Below, in pieces: positions 1-7,502 of a stretch of 27,281 nt of DNA. The stretch is from Candidatus Asbonarchaeum danakilense. GTDB taxonomy: Archaea > Nanohalarchaeota > Nanosalinia > Nanosalinales > Nanoanaerosalinaceae. The stretch lies in the NCBI GenBank assembly GCA_034190465.1, contig JAXINV010000003.1:18666-45946 (forward strand), in the 5' to 3' direction. Made by a program: the position numbers and the translations under genes. The notes beneath the pieces were generated by a model, which worked only from the letters and a program-made list of their open reading frames with translations, searched no databases and was not told where the DNA came from. Within the stretch, counting starts at the first letter, position 1, and each line of letters opens with the position of its first letter.

Positions 1-364
1 CCTGCAGCAGCGACAGCCGCTCACCGAGGAACAGCGTCGCCAGCACCGCCACGAACACCGGGTTCACGTTCAGCAGCGGCGACACCTGCGAGATGTCCGC
101 ATGCTTCATCGCGTGCGCCACCAACAGAAAACCGAGCGTACTGCCGAGCACCGCACTCGCGTACGTCGCCACATAGGCCTGCGGCGGCGCAGCAAGATCC
201 ACGAACGGCAGCAGGAACAGCGAGAAAACGGCGTTCAGCACCGCGAACATCGTCGAGTACTGCAACGGTGACTCGTCACCGAAGTTCAGCGTGTTCTTCT
301 CCACGATCGACGCGAACGCCGCCAGCACAGCCGTCGCGACAGCAAACACGTACCACGGGAACAT
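1..364 (-). CDS. EamA/DMT family transporter (3' end runs off window)
   Basis: Not in the ORF track. Manual translation from ATG at 364 gives MFPWYVFAVATAVLAAFASIVEK...HADISQVSPLLNVNPVFVAVLATLFLGERLS, a hydrophobic EamA repeat with the typical FLGE motif. Confidence 0.88.
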   Translation of the reverse strand, partial: MFPWYVFAVATAVLAAFASIVEKNTLNFGDESPLQYSTMFAVLNAVFSLFLLPFVDLAAPPQAYVATYASAVLGSTLGFLLVAHAMKHADISQVSPLLNVNPVFVAVLATLFLGERLSLLQ

Positions 365-369
365 CGCAC

Positions 370-951
370 TCACCGGAACTCAGCAGGATCATCGCGGCGG
401 AACGAGCCTTCCTGTTCCGATTCCTCCTCGTCCCGTTCCTTGTTCCGGACCTCTTCACGGTACGCGCTCGTGTGGCTGCTCGAGAAATCGTTGTACGACG
501 CATCAGCCATCTCATCATGGATCCCCTGGAGGTCGTTCTCGTCCATATCCTCGATCGGCGGGAAGATCGCGCCTGTTGGGGTGCCCTCGTTCTGCTCGCC
601 CTCGAAACGAGGAAACACGATCATATAGAAGTGCGGCACCTTCTGTCCCGCGACCTCGCCGTCGTTCATCACCATAGAGTAACCTTCAGCGCCCAGCCCG
701 TTCTTCGCCTTCTCCCCGACGATCCGGGCGACGTTGAACATCTCGTTCAGCACCTCGCCCAGGTCCTCAGGGTGCTCCTCGTGCTCCTTCGGTACAACCA
801 TCGTGTGGCCGCGTGCACGAGGGTTGATATCCAACCAGGCCCGGACATTGTCCGTCTCATGGATCGTCATCGTCTCCTGCGGACTGTCCAGCAGCTGGCA
901 GAAGATGCACTGTCCTCCCTGCCCCGGCTGACCGCCCTGTCCCTGTGGCAT
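370..951 (-). CDS. HIT family protein with degenerate histidine triad and acidic C-tail
   Basis: Motifs CIFCQ, LDINPRARGHTMVVPKEH and NDGEVAGQKVPHFYMIVFPR. Start placed at ATG 951, with TTTATA on the minus strand at 974-979. Confidence 0.88.
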   Translation of the reverse strand: MPQGQGGQPGQGGQCIFCQLLDSPQETMTIHETDNVRAWLDINPRARGHTMVVPKEHEEHPEDLGEVLNEMFNVARIVGEKAKNGLGAEGYSMVMNDGEVAGQKVPHFYMIVFPRFEGEQNEGTPTGAIFPPIEDMDENDLQGIHDEMADASYNDFSSSHTSAYREEVRNKERDEEESEQEGSFRRDDPAEFR

Positions 952-973
952 ACCCGGATGTTCCCACGCGAGG

Positions 974-980
974 TATAAAT
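974..980 (-). promoter_or_regulatory. TATA box for HIT gene (reads TATAAAT on +, possibly bidirectional)
   Basis: AT-rich island 23-29 nt upstream of ATG 951 in a GC-rich background. Confidence 0.6.
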
Positions 981-990
981 GCCTTATCCG

Positions 991-1103
991 GGACCGCGAT
1001 CCACCAGCCGTCTCAGCGGCATGAACGCCGCTGAACCTCGTAAAGCCGCGTTGAACGTCGTAACAGGCGTCGCAGCGCGGCAACATCTTCTGCATCCGCG
1101 TCC
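991..1103 (+). ncRNA. Candidate structured RNA (two hairpins plus possible closing stem)
   Basis: Stems 1013-1020/1027-1034, 1045-1053/1073-1081 and 1055-1059/1066-1070; imperfect stem 991-1000/1094-1103. Two G-U pairs form only on the + strand. Confidence 0.3.
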
Positions 1104-1111
1104 TGCCAAGA

Positions 1112-1120
1112 TTTTATAAA
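1112..1120 (+). promoter_or_regulatory. TATA box for TRAM gene
   Basis: CAAGA-TTTTATAAA, with an AGGTG Shine-Dalgarno-like motif at 1152-1156 before ATG 1162. Confidence 0.65.
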
Positions 1121-1161
1121 CCTCACCGCCCCTTCTATCCATAGCGCAGCCAGGTGTTACT

Positions 1162-1719
1162 ATGGCATATGACGATGAAGACGATAACGATTACGACAAG
1201 CCAGTCGAAGAAGGCAAAACATACACAGTAGAAATCGATGACCTCGGGTCCAAGGGCGACGGCATCGCACGCGTCGAAGGGTTCGTCGTCTTCGTCCCCG
1301 AAACAGAGGTCGGCGAGACAGTCCGGGTCGAGGTCAACTCCGTCGGACGCAAGTTCGCCTTCGCAGAAGTCGTCGACAGGGACGTCGAAGCAGTCGAAGA
1401 AGACGACGAAGAACGATACGAAAAAGAAGAGACCGAAGAAGACACCGACGAAGGCTACGACAAAGAAGAAGTCGACGAAGACGAAGAACCGCTCGACGAT
1501 GAAGAATCGGGCGAAGAACCCTCCGAACCGGTAGAAGAGGAGGAAAGCGACGAAGAACGATACGAAAAAGAAGAGACCGAAGAAGACACCGACGAAGGCT
1601 ACGACAAAGAAGAAGTCGACGAAGACGAAGAACCGCTCGACGAACCGGCGACCGAGGAAGAGCTCGACGAAGACCTCGGTGTCGACGACGAGCAGCGGCG
1701 GAAGCCCCAGGAACTGTAA
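1162..1719 (+). CDS. TRAM-domain RNA-binding protein with long acidic tail
   Basis: [33 protein letters not shown]...[10 protein letters not shown] is the archaeal single-TRAM signature, followed by about 110 D/E-rich residues. Confidence 0.92.
   Translation: MAYDDEDDNDYDKPVEEGKTYTVEIDDLGSKGDGIARVEGFVVFVPETEVGETVRVEVNSVGRKFAFAEVVDRDVEAVEEDDEERYEKEETEEDTDEGYDKEEVDEDEEPLDDEESGEEPSEPVEEEESDEERYEKEETEEDTDEGYDKEEVDEDEEPLDEPATEEELDEDLGVDDEQRRKPQEL
1404..1643 (+). repeat. Perfect 96-bp direct repeat (1404-1499 and 1548-1643) in TRAM gene tail
   Basis: Identical copies 144 bp apart encoding [31 protein letters not shown]. Confidence 0.95.
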
Positions 1720-1732
1720 CCGGGCCCGCCCG

Positions 1733-1756
1733 TTCCTCCCTTTTTCTTCTTTCCCT
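1733..1756 (+). terminator. Archaeal oligo-pyrimidine terminator after TRAM gene
   Basis: TTCCTCCCTTTTTCTTCTTTCCC shortly after stop 1719. Confidence 0.55.
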
Positions 1757-1764
1757 CCGTACCG

Positions 1765-2574
1765 ATGACCCTTGACGAACTGGCCGCCAGGATCAGCGAA
1801 CACAACGACGAGCCAGACGAACTGCTCTCCTGGCGGCAGCAGGCAGCCAGCGGCCTCGACGAGCTGGCAGCTCAGACCGCAGCACAACTTGCGCCCAGGG
1901 ACGGCGACCGGCTCGACGTCGCCCCAGCCATCCGTGACCGTGTCCAGGACCAGACAGCAGAGGGGACAACCGTCCAGACCCTCATCGACGCTTTCAACGA
2001 CCATCCCGGCCTGATCGAGCAGCTGCCCGGACCGAAAACTTTGATCCAGCGGTACTGCCAGGCTTTCTTCACCAACGGCATCCACATCCACGTCACAGCC
2101 GACGAAGACACCGTCCTGCAGCCGCTGCACAGCCGGTTCGCCGATCCCTGGATCGACCAGATCATCGTCACAGCCGACCCTGGCGCATCAGCCACCGTCG
2201 TCGAAGGCTGCTCAGCGCCGCGGTCATCCGGGTTCCGGGCCGGCTCCACCGTCATCCACGCCCAGGACAGCGCCAAGGTGCGGTACTGCAACCTGCAGCA
2301 CTGGAAACAGACCAACCTCCTCGACAGCAACAGGGCCACAGGCAGCGGCGACGTGAGCATCGACCACGTCATCGCAGCAGACCGCCACATCGTCGAGTGC
2401 GACGCCCGGTCCCGCGTCCTCACCCCAGGGACAGCATTCCAGGCCGACGGCTTCATCCACGACGGCACGACGCCAGACCACGCCGATCGACTCGACCACG
2501 ACCCTGCAGCACTCACAAACCTGCCGGACGAGTACCGCAAAGAGCTGCGGCACATCCTCGACCTCGGTGACTGA
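1765..2574 (+). CDS. Reduced/divergent SufB-family (SufBD) protein
   Basis: SufB-like segments EPDELLSWRQ, AFFTNGIHIHV, IIVTADPGASATVVEGCSAP, VRYCNLQHW and C-terminal LPDEYRKEL. Lies directly upstream of sufS. Only 269 aa. Confidence 0.75.
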   Translation: MTLDELAARISEHNDEPDELLSWRQQAASGLDELAAQTAAQLAPRDGDRLDVAPAIRDRVQDQTAEGTTVQTLIDAFNDHPGLIEQLPGPKTLIQRYCQAFFTNGIHIHVTADEDTVLQPLHSRFADPWIDQIIVTADPGASATVVEGCSAPRSSGFRAGSTVIHAQDSAKVRYCNLQHWKQTNLLDSNRATGSGDVSIDHVIAADRHIVECDARSRVLTPGTAFQADGFIHDGTTPDHADRLDHDPAALTNLPDEYRKELRHILDLGD

Positions 2575-3772
2575 CGTGGACCCTCAAGCGTACCGCGGCG
2601 ACTTCCCCGGCCTCGAAACCACCGTCAACGGCCACCGACTCGTCTACCTGGACAACGCCGCCACCACGCAGAAACCTGTCCAGGTGCTCGACACCGCACG
2701 GGAAGCACTGGAGCGGCCCGGCAACCCGGGACGAGGCAGCCACCGGTTGAGCCAGGAGGCACAGCAGCGTGTCGAGGACGCAAGAGCGACCGTCGCATCG
2801 TTCATCGGCGCCGGGAACGGCGACATCGTCTTCACGCACAACGCCACAGACAGCATCAACCAGCTCGCCCGCTCCCTGACACACTACACCAGCGGCAACA
2901 TCGTCGCCACAGCCGCCGACCACCACGGCAACTACCTGCCCTGGAAGGAAGCCGCCAGGCGCGAAGGCCTCGAGTTCCGCGAGGTGGCGGTCGACAGCGA
3001 CGGCAGCATCGATATGGACGACCTCGCAGCCAAGGTCGACAGCGAGACACGCGTCCTCGCCTTTCCACACGCCTGCAACGTCACCGGCACCGTCTTCGAC
3101 GTTGAAAAAATACTTGAAATCGGAGAAAAGGCGGACTACACAGTCATGGATGCCGCGCAGAGCGTCCCTGACATGCCGGTCGACCTCGATGGACTGGGCG
3201 TCGACTTCGCCGCATTGTCACCGCACAAGATGCTGGCACCGTTCGGAACAGGCGTGCTCTACGGCAGAGACAGCCTGCTCGACGAGACCCGTCCGACGCG
3301 GTTCGGTGGCGGCATGGTCACCGATCCCGCGACCCTGCAGTACCGGGACGCCCCCGAACGGCACGAAGCAGGTACCGTCGACCTCGGCGGCATAGCAGGC
3401 ACCGCCGCGGCCGTCGACTACCTGCAGGACATCGGCATGGACGAGCTCCACCGCCACGTCCAGGGGCTCGCACGGGAGCTCCACCAGCGACTGGCAGGTA
3501 TCGACGGCGTGCAGCCGCTCGGCGACCAGCCCGACACCGGCACAGTCTCCGTCACCGTCGACGGCATCCACAGCCACGACCTCGCCGACTTCCTCGACCG
3601 CCACGGCATCGCCACACGGGCCGGCGATCACTGCTCCAAACCCCTGCTCCAGGCCCTTGAGGTCGGCGATGCGCTGCGGTTCAGCTTCTACCTGTACAAC
3701 ACGAAAGAAGAACTTGAAAAAGCCGAAGAGCGTTTCAGTGACGCGCTGGAGGAAATCCCCCGTGTACAGTGA
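2567..3772 (+). CDS. sufS: SufS-type (group II) cysteine desulfurase
   Basis: YLDNAATTQKP, DAAQS, SPHKM (PLP lysine), EAGT and RAGDHC (catalytic Cys). GTG start overlaps the upstream gene. Confidence 0.92.
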   Translation: MTDVDPQAYRGDFPGLETTVNGHRLVYLDNAATTQKPVQVLDTAREALERPGNPGRGSHRLSQEAQQRVEDARATVASFIGAGNGDIVFTHNATDSINQLARSLTHYTSGNIVATAADHHGNYLPWKEAARREGLEFREVAVDSDGSIDMDDLAAKVDSETRVLAFPHACNVTGTVFDVEKILEIGEKADYTVMDAAQSVPDMPVDLDGLGVDFAALSPHKMLAPFGTGVLYGRDSLLDETRPTRFGGGMVTDPATLQYRDAPERHEAGTVDLGGIAGTAAAVDYLQDIGMDELHRHVQGLARELHQRLAGIDGVQPLGDQPDTGTVSVTVDGIHSHDLADFLDRHGIATRAGDHCSKPLLQALEVGDALRFSFYLYNTKEELEKAEERFSDALEEIPRVQ

Positions 3773-4079
3773 CGACCTCATCCGGTACGCAAGGATGGAC
3801 ATCACGGCCCCCGGCGACGATCCCGTCCAGGCGCAAAACACCTCCTGCGGCGACACCGTCCGGCTGACCGTCGATCCGCCCGGTCTCGAGGTCGACGGCT
3901 GCCTGGTCTGCACGGCAGCGGCGAAGAAGGCCCTGGAAGCGGTACAGGGGGATGAGGCCGATGAGCTGCGTGCGATGGACGAGAACGACTTCCTCGACTT
4001 CCTCGACTGGGACCTCAGCCCGCAGCGGGAGGACTGCGCCCTCACCGTCCTCCGCGCCCTGCGGAAAGCCCTGCAGTGA
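3762..4079 (+). CDS. IscU/SufU (NifU-N) family Fe-S scaffold or sulfur-transfer protein
   Basis: GTG start at 3762 (MYSDDLIRY). Motifs NTSCGD, DGCLVC and LSPQREDCA give the three conserved Cys. Overlaps the end of sufS. Confidence 0.85.
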   Translation: MYSDDLIRYARMDITAPGDDPVQAQNTSCGDTVRLTVDPPGLEVDGCLVCTAAAKKALEAVQGDEADELRAMDENDFLDFLDWDLSPQREDCALTVLRALRKALQ

Positions 4080-4177
4080 ACAGATATTTACCCAGTCGGG
4101 GCCCCCGCCAACGTCAGCATCTGGATCGTCGGGATACCGTCGACAACGAAAAAGAAACGAACAACGACTGACGGTCG

Positions 4178-4570
4178 TTACTCCGTCAGCCCGTTGACCA
4201 GCATCGTCTCAGAGACGAAGTCCGAGGTCGCGTAGACGTCCTCGACCGCATACAGCCAGTCGAACTCGTCGTCCGGCAGCTCATCGTTCCGGTCCGTGAT
4301 CGCATCGTACTCATCTTTTTCATCCATCGCCAGCTCGTCCATCTGCCGGACATCCTTCTCCAGCAGGCCGCTCTCCTCCAGCTTGCGGAGGGTATCGTAG
4401 ACCTCAGAGCCGTCCAGCCCCGTCTCGCGGCTGATCTCGGTCATGGCGACGCCCGGCTCGTCCGGGACCCCGTAGAAACCATCCTCGTTTGCGGCGACGA
4501 AATCATAGACCTCGCGTGCCGCCTCATCGCGTTCAACGTCAGCAACCTCGTCCGGAATCGTGTATCCCAC
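4178..4570 (-). CDS. Winged helix-turn-helix domain protein
   Basis: MTEISRETGLDGSEVYDTLRKLEESGLLEK is an HTH pattern. GTG start at 4570 is inferred; the ORF track starts at 4594. Confidence 0.7.
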   Translation of the reverse strand: MGYTIPDEVADVERDEAAREVYDFVAANEDGFYGVPDEPGVAMTEISRETGLDGSEVYDTLRKLEESGLLEKDVRQMDELAMDEKDEYDAITDRNDELPDDEFDWLYAVEDVYATSDFVSETMLVNGLTE

Positions 4571-4660
4571 GTGGAAACCACCTGGGAAACACACCTTCGT
4601 CGCAAGCGATAAAAACCTGCGGGTGTCCGGTCACGACAGAGGGAGCGGCCCACGATGCAC

Positions 4661-5161
4661 ATGCTCATCTCCGCCGGCAGCCTCGCCGACGACTCCAGCT
4701 GTCTCAAGCTTGCCCGGAAAGCAGCAGATCACGTTCCAGAACACGTCGACACGACATTCATCGACCCACATGACCTTGAAATCCAGTTCTGCGATGCACG
4801 TTCCTGGGACGAGTACAACGAAGATACAACAGAATGGCAGCAGGCCGTGGACAGGGCAGACCGGTACCTGTTCGCCGTCCCGGTCTACAACTGGTCGTAC
4901 TCAGGCGTCTTCAAGAACATGGTCGACCTCGTCCCCCCTGACAGCTGGGAGGGAACGACCGGTTTCATGGCAAAAGGGAACAACAACCGCGGCTACCTCA
5001 TGCTGCAGCGCGAACTCAGGAGCTTGATGGCATACTTCGGCGTCACAACCGTCCCAGAGACAGTCTACGCCACTGACAAGGACTTCACCGACGGTGATCT
5101 TGCCTCACAGGACATCGAGCGGCGGATCGAACGGCTGGTTCAGGCGCTCATTGACGCCTAA
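4661..5161 (+). CDS. NAD(P)H-dependent FMN reductase (flavodoxin-like)
   Basis: LISAGS, ADRYLFAVPVYNWSYSGVFKNMVD. Start could be 4655. Confidence 0.88.
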   Translation: MLISAGSLADDSSCLKLARKAADHVPEHVDTTFIDPHDLEIQFCDARSWDEYNEDTTEWQQAVDRADRYLFAVPVYNWSYSGVFKNMVDLVPPDSWEGTTGFMAKGNNNRGYLMLQRELRSLMAYFGVTTVPETVYATDKDFTDGDLASQDIERRIERLVQALIDA

Positions 5162-5682
5162 CCACGGACAGCAAGCCGTCCTGTCTCCAGCTCATTGATC
5201 CGTCCACGGATCTCTTCTTCAAGGCCCTCCACCGAGCTCGCTTCAACCGGTACCGTGGTATTGGCGGCCAGTCGATCGATCATACCCTCCATCAACACCA
5301 GTTCCTCCGATCTGAACGCATGGTCGATGTACGTCACCGCCAGGTTATGGATGATACGGTCCGACACCTCTTCGAGCGTCTGCTCCGCCTCATCAGTCAG
5401 TTCAAAGCCTTGCACATAGCGTTCCAGCCGTTCCGGATAGACGGGCGTAACGTCCACCAGTCCACGGTCGACAAGGTCATCCACCCTCCTACTGATCGTC
5501 TGCACATTGACCTCATCCTCAATGTTCAGCGGGCATCGGCCCGACGACCGCCACTCATTCAGCTTCCGTGTCAGCTCCCGCTTCCACAGTGGCCGGTCCG
5601 TCTCCCGTAGACGGAGCAGGATACAGTACGACGTCTGATCGACGGGCCCCTCCTCAGGATAGATGTCCGGAACGTTCAGCAT
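5158..5682 (-). CDS. Putative winged-helix transcriptional regulator
   Basis: NVQTISRRVDDLVDRGLVD...GFELTDEAEQ. ATG 5682 has TTTTTA about 27 nt upstream. Divergent from doxX. Confidence 0.65.
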   Translation of the reverse strand: MLNVPDIYPEEGPVDQTSYCILLRLRETDRPLWKRELTRKLNEWRSSGRCPLNIEDEVNVQTISRRVDDLVDRGLVDVTPVYPERLERYVQGFELTDEAEQTLEEVSDRIIHNLAVTYIDHAFRSEELVLMEGMIDRLAANTTVPVEASSVEGLEEEIRGRINELETGRLAVRG

Positions 5683-5822
5683 CGTACACAACAGAGGACC
5701 ATCCAAACATAAAAACATGGCGTCAGGACAGGCACCGCCAGCAACGCCCCCTCTGTCACAGGCGGAGCAGTCTTCACAACACCCAGTCACCTTATTAATC
5801 CAGCACCCCGCAATTTTGCCGT

Positions 5823-6410
5823 ATGTGTCTGGAGTTCATCCGGTCAACCGTCGACGACTATGACTGCAAACAGGCACCTACATACGTACTGCTCGGGACC
5901 AGGCTGCTCATCGGTTGGATCTTCTTCTACTCCGGGATAAGCAAACTCGTGGAGAACGGTCTGGCCTACGGGTACGCCTCCACCTGGCTCAAAGAAGCCA
6001 CCCCCATCGCCTCACCGACCATCGAGACAGGGCTTCCTGGCCTCCTGCAGGCACCGATCGCAGCTGTCGTCAAGCTCGGTGCGGTCGTCATTGAGCCTGT
6101 CTTCCAGTCCCTCACCTCACTGTCGTTCATCGGATCGCTGGTCGTCATCTTCGAGATCGGTATCGGTATCGGGCTGCTATTCGGCGTTGCAACGCGTCTG
6201 TTCAGCCTCTTCGGTGCCGGTATGATGATGATGTTCTACTACGGCAACGCCGAGTGGAGCCACGGTCTCGTCAACGGCAACCTCGTCTACATGTTCCTCT
6301 TTGTTTTCGCCGCAGTCGCCGGCGCCGGCCGGATCGCGGGCGTCGACGCCTGGCTGGAACAGCAGAACATCGTCCAAGAACACCCCCCCCTGCGGTATCT
6401 CCTCGGCTAG
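5823..6410 (+). CDS. DoxX/DoxD family membrane protein
   Basis: RLLIGWIFFYSGISK, EIGIGIGLLFGVATR, YYGN, GAGRIAGVD. TATA TTATTAAT at 5792-5799. Confidence 0.87.
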   Translation: MCLEFIRSTVDDYDCKQAPTYVLLGTRLLIGWIFFYSGISKLVENGLAYGYASTWLKEATPIASPTIETGLPGLLQAPIAAVVKLGAVVIEPVFQSLTSLSFIGSLVVIFEIGIGIGLLFGVATRLFSLFGAGMMMMFYYGNAEWSHGLVNGNLVYMFLFVFAAVAGAGRIAGVDAWLEQQNIVQEHPPLRYLLG

Positions 6411-6478
6411 GACAGCAACCAGTACCGCAGCAATCCCCAAAACATTAAAATAGAGGACGAACGAAACAAGGGTAAGGA

Positions 6479-6973
6479 ATGGAGCGGGACCAGATTCTCA
6501 AGTGGACGATTGGGTTGAGCATCGTCGGCTTGATCATCGCGACGTACCAGACCTACGAGCACTACTTCTTGGCCTCAGCAATCTGTGACCTGTCCAAGAC
6601 CTTCTCCTGTTCAACCGTCACCGGCTCCCGGTTCGGTTCCTTCCCGCCCGGCTCCTCAATCGCCACCGCGCTGTGGGGTATGGCCTGGTGGATCGGCCTG
6701 ATCGGGCTCAGCGGCGCCACGCTCAGAGGTATCAACTGGTTCAAGAACCAGCTGTTCTACATCTTCGCCTACGTCGCAACCGGCACCGTCTTCATCGCCT
6801 ACCTGCTCGTCGTCGAACTGTACATCCTGCCCCAGGAGACCGGTGCACTCGTCATCTGCCCGTTCTGCACCATCCAGCACATACTCATCCTCATCATCCT
6901 GTTCCTGACCTATGGACTGCTCCAGAAACCCGTCAAGGACCACCTCACCGATATCTTCTACACAGAGGCATAA
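6479..6973 (+). CDS. Vitamin K epoxide reductase (VKOR) family protein
   Basis: Loop cysteines (ICDLSKTFSCSTVTGS), four hydrophobic helices and active site CPFC. Confidence 0.9.
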   Translation: MERDQILKWTIGLSIVGLIIATYQTYEHYFLASAICDLSKTFSCSTVTGSRFGSFPPGSSIATALWGMAWWIGLIGLSGATLRGINWFKNQLFYIFAYVATGTVFIAYLLVVELYILPQETGALVICPFCTIQHILILIILFLTYGLLQKPVKDHLTDIFYTEA

Positions 6974-6976
6974 CAC

Positions 6977-7498
6977 ATGGCAGAGAAGAAGCTGGATCCA
7001 CGGCCATTCTTCGTGATCGGGCTCATCATCGTTATCGCCGGAGGAGGGTTCGTCCTCTTCAGTGGCGGCGGCGAAACGCACAACTACTACGAATTCGCCT
7101 CCTGCCTCGCCGAACACAACGCCACAATGTACGGCTTCGACGCCTGCCCGCACTGCAACAAACAGAAAACCATCATCGGCCAGAAAGCGTTCAAACAGGA
7201 GATCGATAAGGCAGGATACTACGTCAGATGCCGACCACAGTCCGAGGCAACCGAAAAACTCGGTGACAGGGCAGACAGGATCGCCACCGTCGCCCCGCTC
7301 CAGCCGAACGACACCCAGAGCGACGCCTGCTCGGCCAACGTCGGGGCCGGGACACCGACCTGGGTGATCGACGGAAAGAAATACGTCGGCGAACAGAGCA
7401 TCGAAGACCTCGCTGAGGCCACCGGCTGTCCGTTGCCAGCAAACTACACCGATCAAGGAAACGTCGGCGGCTTCACACCACAGAACGGGACTGAGTGA
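6977..7498 (+). CDS. Membrane-anchored thioredoxin-fold protein (VKOR-partner type, CPHC)
   Basis: N-terminal TM helix; FASCL..NATMYG..CPHCNKQK...TPTWVIDG..YVGEQ...LAEATGC resembles the Trx-like domain of VKOR-Trx fusions. Confidence 0.85.
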   Translation: MAEKKLDPRPFFVIGLIIVIAGGGFVLFSGGGETHNYYEFASCLAEHNATMYGFDACPHCNKQKTIIGQKAFKQEIDKAGYYVRCRPQSEATEKLGDRADRIATVAPLQPNDTQSDACSANVGAGTPTWVIDGKKYVGEQSIEDLAEATGCPLPANYTDQGNVGGFTPQNGTE

Positions 7499-7502
7499 TA
7501 CC

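Noticed and set aside
1057..1067. GTCGTAACAGG resembles the conserved 16S rRNA 3' motif GTCGTAACAAGG
   Set aside because: Only a 9-11 nt match with no flanking rRNA similarity; likely chance.
952..1095. 48-aa N-terminal extension of the HIT ORF (contains CDAC)
   Set aside because: Non-acidic, atypical composition, and it runs through the TATA box at 974-980, which fits a start at 951.
1404..1643. Direct repeat considered as CRISPR or mobile-element ends
   Set aside because: Two 96-bp in-frame coding copies only; no array, cas or transposase genes.
5683..5790. Cys-rich N-terminal extension (MTGCCEDCSAC...) on the wHTH ORF, suggestive of a metal sensor
   Set aside because: Its GTG start abuts the doxX TATA, and a better TATA-ATG pair supports 5682; probably non-coding.
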